A DNA stretch of 64,000 nucleotides, taken from the IMG/VR virus record IMGVR_UViG_3300042914_002848. One strand, written 5' to 3'. Both the position numbers and the translations under genes were made by a program. The DNA comes from a virus (taxonomy: Duplodnaviria; Heunggongvirae; Uroviricota; Caudoviricetes). A model generated the notes under the pieces. It was given only the letters and a program-made list of their open reading frames with translations, ran no database searches and had not been told where the DNA came from. How positions within the stretch are numbered: the stretch's first letter is position 1; each line of letters begins with the position of its first letter. Positions 40,503 to 48,872 of this stretch are shown in pieces.

Positions 40503-40570
40503 GATATTTTTGTTTTTTCCGAATATAAATATACAAAAAATAAATAAAAACTATTAATTTAATTTTTTTG

Positions 40571-40644
40571 TGTTCCTGGTAGGGTTCGAACCTACGACCA
40601 CCTGATTATGAGTCAGACGCTCTAACCTGCTGAGCTACGGGAAC
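40571..40644 (-). tRNA. tRNA(CAT), Ile2 or Met
   Basis: TCTGA-CTCATAA-TCAGG. Confidence 0.85.
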
Positions 40645-40786
40645 GATTTTTTTAGATTAATGATGTTAAAATATTACCAACAATAGCAAAGGCCCAAGCT
40701 ATAATTACTAAAGTTGAAAAACCTACTGCTAAATAGTAAAATACATCATCCGGTGTGGTTTTTAGTTTCATACCTATTACTTTTTA

Positions 40787-43066
40787 TTAGCGATATAATG
40801 TAACAATACTACCAAACTCTTCATCAAAGATTTTAAGTAAGTTTTCATAATCACCACTCATCATCCTATTGGTAATTTCTTTTGAATCCTTACCAAGTTG
40901 TTTGGCCAAATTTCGTGCAGTTCCTATAAGAAAGAATGCGTTTCCTTGAGGACCAGTCAAATCAATTTCTAAATTGCGGTTGGTTGGTTTTTTCTTTATC
41001 ATAATTTTTATTTTAAATAATTTGGTCCGTATGGGGTATAATTACAACCTTCAATAACATTTCCACGACTAATTGCGGCGGGTTGACGGTGGGTTGCTGC
41101 TTTCAATAAATCACCTCTAAGATAAGGTTTACCTTTTAATACACCATTATTACGGGCGATAAATCCCCACGCACAATTGTTTACTGTGATTTTGTGAAAT
41201 TTACTTCCGGTGTTTAACTTTATATCAACTACCGCCCTACCGAATTGAGCATTGTAATACTCATTCAGTTGGGATGTTAATACATTCATAAAATCCTCAA
41301 TAGTGGAGCAGGGGGGGCAATTCAATTGTTTCATATAAAATTTAGGTTAAATCTTTAATTTATAAAATCTGATGTGTTGACAATAAAATCTTCTTCTTTG
41401 CCTGTATGAAAATTCTTAACAACTACAATGAATGAGTTTTCATTGAATTTACCGTGAACCATACCTTCACGAATAACTCCATTATCATTGAATTTACGAA
41501 TTTCTGAAATCTTTATTTTGTTCATAATATTAATTAAGCTGTGATACCACTCATATATGGTAATAACTCAACCTTAGCTTTTTCAGCTATCTTAGCATCT
41601 ACATACTTTACAGTATCGTTAAAGGTTCTCCCACTACGGACCTCATTCACAACCCACTCTACAGTACCAAAGCGGGGTTGGTTTTCAGTAAATGCGTATT
41701 TAACACCGGCCTCCAACTCCAATCCATTATCGGAAATAGTACCACTATTTTCATAACTTTCATACATATCAATCATTCCATTGAATTTACCATACTCCCA
41801 CATATCCACAAAATCAGAAATCGTTTTGAAGGATTGAGAGTCAATTGGAGCACCTAATTTGGTGGATACATACACACGGAGGGAGTTACCACCCGAAAAA
41901 GAATCGGATGCCACACGGCACAGCACATTTGGGAAATTTCGTTTAACAAACTGCTTCACCAAAAGACCGGCGGTGGGGGGATTCACATACACATACTTAC
42001 TACCCTTATTAGGGCCGTAGTTTTTAGTACGAATTGCTTTCAACGGGAGTTCGTAAGAAGAACCGTGGATACTAACTGAAAATTTTGTCATAATATAGGG
42101 GGTTTAATTTTTTTTAGGATGCTAATTCGGTATCAAATCTTTGAACAGGCTCTTTAAGCAGGTTTACCCTACAAGGTTCATCAACGATGAAAAGGTAAAC
42201 AAGCAATAAACTCATTAGGTTCGTTTTCATATCTCTCATTAACTTACAAAGTAAAGATACTACAGAAAACCTATATTTCCAAGCTTTCAATATTAAATTA
42301 TCGTTAAATTTATCCACATTTTGCTCTAAATCCACGAAATAGTGTCCACTAAATTGGACACTATTTTATATGGGTGGTTAATTCCACCTTTTTTCGTGCC
42401 GTTCCTTTAATTCATTTACCTCTGATTTAACTTCCGACCAATATGCATATCCTCTATCTGCCCCCATATCACCCAACACCTCATTACAGGTTATTAATGC
42501 GCATTGGATTGCTTCACTCCACCTGCTACTACAACAATTAATTCCTGTGTTTAGGCTACCATTGTTGGGGAATGAGTAATAAAATTTATCCACCAAAAAT
42601 TTTGCTTTTTCTTTTGCAGTCATCATAGCATTTACAATTTTTTATCATTATTCTTTTTATACAAATGCGTTGTAATGATGAATATCGCAAAAATAACCAT
42701 CATTATAAATGATAGTATTGTAAAATCTATTTTAATCATAACTTTATTTTTTTATTAATTTTATGATATCATCCAATTAATATCCTGTTTGTATGTAATA
42801 CTTTCATACCCATAATACTCATTAATTGTAAATTCGGTATCAACGGGTATTAAACATACTGATAAACCGGATATACCTCCAAGATGTATGCCTGGATAAG
42901 TTTTTTCTACATATGATATGGTGGCATCGTAATTACCTGATTCAACCAACTCAATTAATTTTGGGTCAAAAACTGCGTTTGGTGGTGCTCCATAGGTATA
43001 AAACCCTGAACCATACCCTTCAGATATTAAGACCTTGGTCATACCATCAACAACTACTTTTTCCAT
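40787..43066 (-). other. Small early hypothetical ORFs (40787-41002, 41008-41334, 41534-42091, 42378-42626, 42761-43066)
   Basis: Co-oriented short ORFs; 41534-42091 (DSFSGGNS...GKFNGMIDMYE) resembles LPD29. Confidence 0.6.
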
Positions 43067-43256
43067 AATGTATATTATTTAATTTAAGCCAAAATAATTA
43101 TCACCATCCGTAACACCATTATAATATTCTAAAAGAATAAGTTCTGCTGTTTCCTCGTCAACCCATTGGTGATATTGTGTAAATTCACCAACCCAAAATT
43201 TACCATATTGATAAGGTAAATCCCATACTGATAATTTTGTATTTTTCATATCTTAA

Positions 43257-43655
43257 TTAAAGTTTAATTTCAAAACGATTACGCATTTGTTCAATCTTTT
43301 CTTCGGGTACTCCATGCTCATTGACACCATTATGGCGATTTTCAACAATGATAGAAAATACTTGATATCCATATTTAGCAGCCAATTGATAGTATGCTTC
43401 CATCTCCCACTCTTGGGTGAAAGTGTTGGAAACCACAATCCGATTTACATTGATTTGTGGGTCATTACATCTCATCCATATTTGTGTTTGTGATTGGCAG
43501 TAATTATGTGCTAATTTAAGTTTAGAAGCATCAAAATTATATTTACCATCCACCATAAAGTATTGGTCGGCTTCAATATTAATACCACCAAGCGCTTTAG
43601 CAAGGGTTGATTTACCCGAACCTGGCAGGCCACGAACTAAAAATAACTTTTTCAT
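43257..43655 (-). CDS. P-loop kinase (polynucleotide kinase-like, AAA_33)
   Basis: RGLPGSGKST, EADQYF, VVSNTFT, HGVPEE. Confidence 0.85.
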   Translation of the reverse strand: MKKLFLVRGLPGSGKSTLAKALGGINIEADQYFMVDGKYNFDASKLKLAHNYCQSQTQIWMRCNDPQINVNRIVVSNTFTQEWEMEAYYQLAAKYGYQVFSIIVENRHNGVNEHGVPEEKIEQMRNRFEIKL

Positions 43656-43848
43656 TTTGTTAAACCTCTTTTTTTAAAGTAACCCAAAGTATTAGATATA
43701 TCCAAAATGCGTATGGGAATATAAATAAAAATCCTATTCTCCAAAGGATTGGTGGTATTCCACTCCATTTACCAAGTCCATCACATACCCCACCAATATA
43801 ACCACCATTACCTAAAAATAACTTATCCATTATTCTATATGCTTTCTA

Positions 43849-44307
43849 TTAGAATTCGCCATAATTTACCTGAAAGCATGCAATTCCCCTATCCCGCCAC
43901 ATCTTTACTACCTTATCCCTATCATCAAAAACGCAGAGGATTTTATTACCATCATTAAGTAATTCATCCAACCACCCGGATTTCAGTACATCATCGGGAG
44001 TGTAATCTTTTTGAGGTCGCATATGAAGAAAATCGTAATCTACTCCATTGGATTTCAACCAAGCTTCAGTTTCGGTTTTGGATATTGAATCCCTACCCGA
44101 AAAAATACCTACAGTATATCCGGCCGATTTCATTGCGGAAAAGGCCGAGATAACAGGCAGATTCGGTTTATCCAACTGAATGTTTTGTGGGTCAAAAAAT
44201 ACACCCCAATTTAATTTACCATTCTGCTTTGTTGCTTTTTCTCGCCTAGCATCAATTAAGGCAAGAGTACCATCCAAATCAAATATAACTATAGTTTTCA
44301 TATACAA
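43849..44307 (-). CDS. HAD phosphatase (T4 PNK 3'-phosphatase-like)
   Basis: FDLDGTL, SGR, MRP..D..PD...K, FDDRDKVV.MWR..G. Confidence 0.9.
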   Translation of the reverse strand: MYMKTIVIFDLDGTLALIDARREKATKQNGKLNWGVFFDPQNIQLDKPNLPVISAFSAMKSAGYTVGIFSGRDSISKTETEAWLKSNGVDYDFLHMRPQKDYTPDDVLKSGWLDELLNDGNKILCVFDDRDKVVKMWRDRGIACFQVNYGEF

Positions 44308-44336
44308 ATATACAAATTAAATTTTAAATATCCAAA

Positions 44337-45380
44337 TTAAAGTTTAGAAAATTTAGGTTGGATTATTTTCCATATCAACCTCGAATAATCTTTATAATCA
44401 TACATCTTAAATAAGATTGCCGGGTACTTATGCTTTTTAGCAAGTTCAGCGAACCTGGCACGATTTTCAAATTCATCGGATTTACTAAGAATCCTAAATA
44501 TCCAAATATATTCATCCTCTATTTTATTGTATTTATCCACCAACTTATTTGAGTATTGGCGAATCTTATCATAAAATTCATCGGGAACATCGGTTAGGGT
44601 TGATAGAATATCACCACCATTAGAAAGAACTTCCCATACTGCGGTAGTAGAAAGGTGGGTCATTATTCGGTGAAGTCTTAAATATTCTTCACCTTTTATT
44701 TTAACCCTATCACCATTTGAAAAACGAACTACGAATCCTTCCTGATTGTTTTTTACCATACCTTTTAATAGGTTGTAGTTAGATATAGTATCGTATTTCT
44801 TTACTAAATCCCAACCTTTAAAAGTAGCTGGTTCACCCCAATAAATTTCAAAAGTAGATGAATCATCTCGCAAAATTTCTTCACCGGTATCGGTTTTAAT
44901 AGCAGCAAGTAAAACAAGTCGGCTCACTCCACCATAATCAACAACTATCCTATTTTCGGGATAGATTATCTCAAACAGGTAGGTGTAACCATCTACTAAA
45001 ATTTCAGAAAAATTATACCTATCACCCCAATTAGCCATCCATATAGCTTGTTCGGATGTGAACGAACCACGAGTAGCATAAACAGCCCGGCCTTCCCACA
45101 TAAAAACGATTCCTAAAGAACCATCCATTTTTTCAAAAACCTCAAACTTTTGGGTTGGTGTATGCTTTTTCTCTTCAATATTAAAAAACTTTTGGAATGG
45201 ACGAGCAACTATTTGACCACTACCATCAGTAACAAGACCTCTACATTGTAAAGTAATCTCATCCCACAAACCTTCATATTGAACCTTTTCGGTATAGTTC
45301 CATATAGTAAGTGGTAAGGTTGGGTGAATCTGCGAATATAACAATCCCCTCTCCTTATAATCATTTAATATATCTAACAT
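44337..45380 (-). CDS. RNA ligase (T4 Rnl1/RnlA family)
   Basis: CRGL, ARPFQKFFN, EKMDGSLG, TRGSF, FEIIYPENRIVVDY, EGFVV, RVKIK. Confidence 0.92.
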   Translation of the reverse strand: MLDILNDYKERGLLYSQIHPTLPLTIWNYTEKVQYEGLWDEITLQCRGLVTDGSGQIVARPFQKFFNIEEKKHTPTQKFEVFEKMDGSLGIVFMWEGRAVYATRGSFTSEQAIWMANWGDRYNFSEILVDGYTYLFEIIYPENRIVVDYGGVSRLVLLAAIKTDTGEEILRDDSSTFEIYWGEPATFKGWDLVKKYDTISNYNLLKGMVKNNQEGFVVRFSNGDRVKIKGEEYLRLHRIMTHLSTTAVWEVLSNGGDILSTLTDVPDEFYDKIRQYSNKLVDKYNKIEDEYIWIFRILSKSDEFENRARFAELAKKHKYPAILFKMYDYKDYSRLIWKIIQPKFSKL

Positions 45381-45396
45381 ACTAAATTTTATCTTA

Positions 45397-46525
45397 CTAA
45401 TTATAGAATAATCCTTCAGATAACTTAATGCTTAATGTATGGTCCATATAATCCCACGCGTGCATTCCTGCTATTTCCCTTAGTTTACTATCTCTAGCTA
45501 ACCACATAACACTATCATATTGTAATTCCCCAATATAATTGGAGGATTTCATTTGTTCCAAAATTGCGGAAACCGATAAGGGATACTTATCAGCCTGTCC
45601 TTCAATTACTGCTTTAGCTTCCTGCTTCAATCGCTCAAATAGATTTTTCATAATTTTTATTTTTTAATTTACAATGTAAAGATATTACAGAAAGAGCAAT
45701 TTTCCAAGCTTTCAATATTAAATTATCGTTAAGTTTTTCTCAATAATGAGACGAACCCGTTCCCTATCAACGGAATCAAATTCAATGTCGCTTAATGGCA
45801 TGCTTTCCAAATACTCATTACAGGCGGCAATAATCCCCTTTTTTGTAGTAAGTGGGTAAATACCATTACGCAACTCATAAAAAGTTATACAATATTTGTA
45901 AAACTCTTTGATTAAAACTGAATATTTTTTCATATCTTTTTTTGTTACATAGTAAAGATACTACTAAAACCCCATATTTCCAAGCTTTTTTCCCAAAAGT
46001 TATCCACATTTTAGGGTTAAAAAGTGTCCAATATATTGGACAGTTCTTATTGACCTTGGGTCTGTGAATCTACAATCCCAAAAACCTCACTTATAACCGA
46101 AACAATTCGATATGGGATTATTTTATTTATTATCTACTCAAAAATGATAGTTGAACTTCTTTTAAAAGTTTCCTGCCCAATTTTTTATCAGTACGCAAGG
46201 TAGATTTGTTTTTTACACTCAATAATGTATTAGCCCTCACCAACTTTTCTATTTCAGTTTCGTTGTAACCCATACTTTTCCACGTCTCAATTAATTTACT
46301 TTCGATACCCCTAAGTTGTTCACTAATCTCATTTTCCATATGAGATTGGTTTATCTTAAAAAAGATATTACCACGCCTTATTTTATCCAAAAAAGAATAA
46401 CCCATACGGGACATGCAAAAGTGTTGGTAAATCTGCCTACGTTGGTTATAATCCATACCTACCATCTTTTTTTCCATAATTTCTACCGTTTCTTTGAAAC
46501 GGTACCTTTTATTATTTGCACACAT
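45397..46525 (-). other. Three small early ORFs, each with its own promoter (45397-45651, 45718-45933, 46130-46525)
   Basis: Promoter-like sequence immediately upstream of each. Confidence 0.6.
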
Positions 46526-46633
46526 AGTTTTATTGTTTAATATTTTTTATTTAGTTAGTTATTACAAATATACGAAGTAAATTTTAATTTTCCAAATCTC
46601 AATAGAAAAATTTACTACTCATATTTGAGGACG

Positions 46634-46795
46634 TTAGTGTTCAGTTTGTTTTCCGCCACATAATAAACATAATGATATTGCGTTATTACTACTTATATAA
46701 CCAGTTCCTTTACAATTAGGACAAACCGAAACACTAACAACAGATATATTCAATTGTTTTCGTCTTTTAAATAAGTTTTTAATAAATTTTATCAT
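46634..46795 (-). CDS. Cassette-encoded 53-aa Zn-finger-like peptide
   Basis: MIKFIKNLFKRRKQLNISVVSVSVCPNCKGTGYISSNNAISLCLLCGGKQTEH; not in the ORF track. Confidence 0.6.
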   Translation of the reverse strand: MIKFIKNLFKRRKQLNISVVSVSVCPNCKGTGYISSNNAISLCLLCGGKQTEH

Positions 46796-46860
46796 TTGTT
46801 TTTCATTTTTAAGTTTGTATTCAACTGAATATATCTGAAATATGTTAGTGATAATAAAAA

Positions 46861-47106
46861 TTAAATCAATCCTTGTTTCTTTAACATATTTACGATTGCC
46901 TCTGCTGCTGCCTTAACTGAATCAGGGTCTTTTTCCATATCACCATCTTTCATAGAATAAGGCACATATCGTAAATATACTTCATCATCAATTATATCTT
47001 TAATCATATCAATAAGTTCTTGCTCATTTTTACTATCACTAACATCAGATATATTCAAGTTTTCTTGATGTTCGTTGAAACTTTGTATGTGTCCTTTACC
47101 TTTCAT
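46861..47106 (-). CDS. Cassette-encoded hypothetical protein
   Basis: Starts in the attC loop; LNISDVSDS is encoded by the attC arm. Confidence 0.65.
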   Translation of the reverse strand: MKGKGHIQSFNEHQENLNISDVSDSKNEQELIDMIKDIIDDEVYLRYVPYSMKDGDMEKDPDSVKAAAEAIVNMLKKQGLI

Positions 47107-47177
47107 CTTCGTATTTTATTTTAGTGTATATATTAAAAAAGAAAACCTAAATATATCTGTGGTCGTTATACACAATA

Positions 47178-47393
47178 TTACTTGCTATTATTTATGTCGT
47201 CTAGGATTTTGTGAAGTCGCTCAACTTCTTCCTTTGTAAAAACAAGCATCCTAAGATTTGTCTTTTCACCATTTACATAAGTATCACAAAATCCATTTTC
47301 ATCTCGTTCACCGCAAGTAATACTATGTATAACAGCAGGTTTAGTTAATTGCTTATCTCTGCTTCTAAATAAGTTTTTAATCCAATTAATCAT
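47178..47393 (-). CDS. Cassette-encoded hypothetical protein
   Basis: Starts in the attC loop; QLTKPAVIHS is encoded by the attC arm. Confidence 0.65.
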   Translation of the reverse strand: MINWIKNLFRSRDKQLTKPAVIHSITCGERDENGFCDTYVNGEKTNLRMLVFTKEEVERLHKILDDINNSK

Positions 47394-47754
47394 TTGTATT
47401 TCAATTTAAGTTTTTTACTAATTTTACGCAACTAACCAAACCTGCGTAACGTTAGAAACAATTATGTCTAACTATTTCTAACAGCAAATATAAGTAATAA
47501 ATTTTGATTTTCCGAATCTCCAAAGAAAAATTTACCACTCATATTTGATGGCGTTATGTGTAATAAATTAAAACTTTAACAGCAGTGCCATTATAGTTAA
47601 ACTTATTACGCCAATTAATATCATTTTTTTGGCGTGTTTAGCACCAATCATTTTACTTTCAACAAAATCATCTGTTGTCCATAATACAAACCCTGCTGAT
47701 AAAAATAAACACCCAAAAACTAAAAAGAAATTTTGTATAAACATATCGTAAGTT

Positions 47755-48051
47755 TTAATTTAATCGTTCAAAGATATGACCTACAAATTCACCCCTCTGG
47801 TACTGATAGGTCCCAATGTATTTTCTTTCAATTCCCATATCCTCGTGAATAGTGTGTCCAGTTCCATAAAGCTCAAAGAATCGGTCCTCCATCTCAGCTT
47901 GTGGATTAACTAATGCCCAAATTGTCGGATGGTTATTTTTTTCGTCAGTCTGGATGGTTAAAATCTCTGCGCCCTTTGGCATTTGCAAAGTAAACTTTTC
48001 CTTGAACCCTTCTATAAGGGTTGAAAATTTCCAAATTGTTTTCATATTCAT
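47755..48051 (-). CDS. Conserved phage hypothetical protein
   Basis: MKTIWKF..LQMPKGAEIL..IWALV..GTGH..YIGT. Confidence 0.65.
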   Translation of the reverse strand: MNMKTIWKFSTLIEGFKEKFTLQMPKGAEILTIQTDEKNNHPTIWALVNPQAEMEDRFFELYGTGHTIHEDMGIERKYIGTYQYQRGEFVGHIFERLN

Positions 48052-48137
48052 TTTTTTAACTTACATAGTAAAGATACAACAGAAAACCCATATTTCCAAG
48101 CTTTCAATATTAAATTATCGTTAAGTTTAGGTTAAAG

Positions 48138-48635
48138 TTATTCACAAACAAGGTGATTTTTTACCCGTTTTTTAACCACACTACCTATCAGTATTTCACC
48201 CCGGTCCAACACCTGGTCTAACTCAATCGTTGTCGCATAATAGGATGTAGAACCTGAAGATACCCAGTCACCCTTCTTTAAATTCACAAAGAAAACAAAC
48301 CATTTCATATCCTCCCCACTATCATCATACGAAACTAATAAATAATCCGATTCCCTTTTGGAATATTCTCCCCCCCTCCATACCCCAACCGTCTTAGCTG
48401 TTTTAATCTCCAACGGAACATCCCCTACCCATAAATCAGGTTCACCATCCGTAAAAGGAGAACGGATATTTGGAACGATATCCGAAAATGTTGCCTCTAA
48501 AATATTTGATATGATTTCAGACCGTAATTTCGTAGATAAATGATTGTAATGAACTACGGACTTGAATACCTTTAACCGATTGTTCGCTTCGGTAAGTACG
48601 GCGGGCAGGTGAACCCTAATGTAATCTATTATCAT
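48138..48635 (-). CDS. PD-(D/E)XK endonuclease-like protein
   Basis: E...EPDLWVGDVPLEIKT. Confidence 0.65.
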   Translation of the reverse strand: MIIDYIRVHLPAVLTEANNRLKVFKSVVHYNHLSTKLRSEIISNILEATFSDIVPNIRSPFTDGEPDLWVGDVPLEIKTAKTVGVWRGGEYSKRESDYLLVSYDDSGEDMKWFVFFVNLKKGDWVSSGSTSYYATTIELDQVLDRGEILIGSVVKKRVKNHLVCE

Positions 48636-48872
48636 ATTGTTTTGTGTATTAATAGAACTATTAGTAAAAGGGCTGAGCTAAAAGGAAAGGAGCTGAGCTA
48701 AAAGGAAAAGAGCTGTATTGTATATTATACAAGCTTTTAGGGGAGTATTTCCACAGCCAAAAAAATGACCTCTGCATGAAAACAGGTACCCCAGCCTATA
48801 ACACATTAAATTTTTTTTGGGTTTACATTGAAATGCTACCCCCCCCCTGTCATAACACAGCGCTTCCTGCTC

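Larger units (their letters stand above)
46565..47559 (+). mobile_element. Integron-like cassette array with five attC-like sites, no integrase in window
   Basis: TAAC...GTTA hairpins at about 46565-46639 (degenerate), 46732-46850, 47037-47171, 47327-47457 and 47476-47559; each right core complements the next left core. Confidence 0.8.

Noticed and set aside
36400-40650. Theta/HDV-like or hammerhead ribozymes in tRNA trailers
   Set aside because: Most spacers are under 12 nt and I could not fit the cores in the longer ones; a covariance search is needed to exclude them fully
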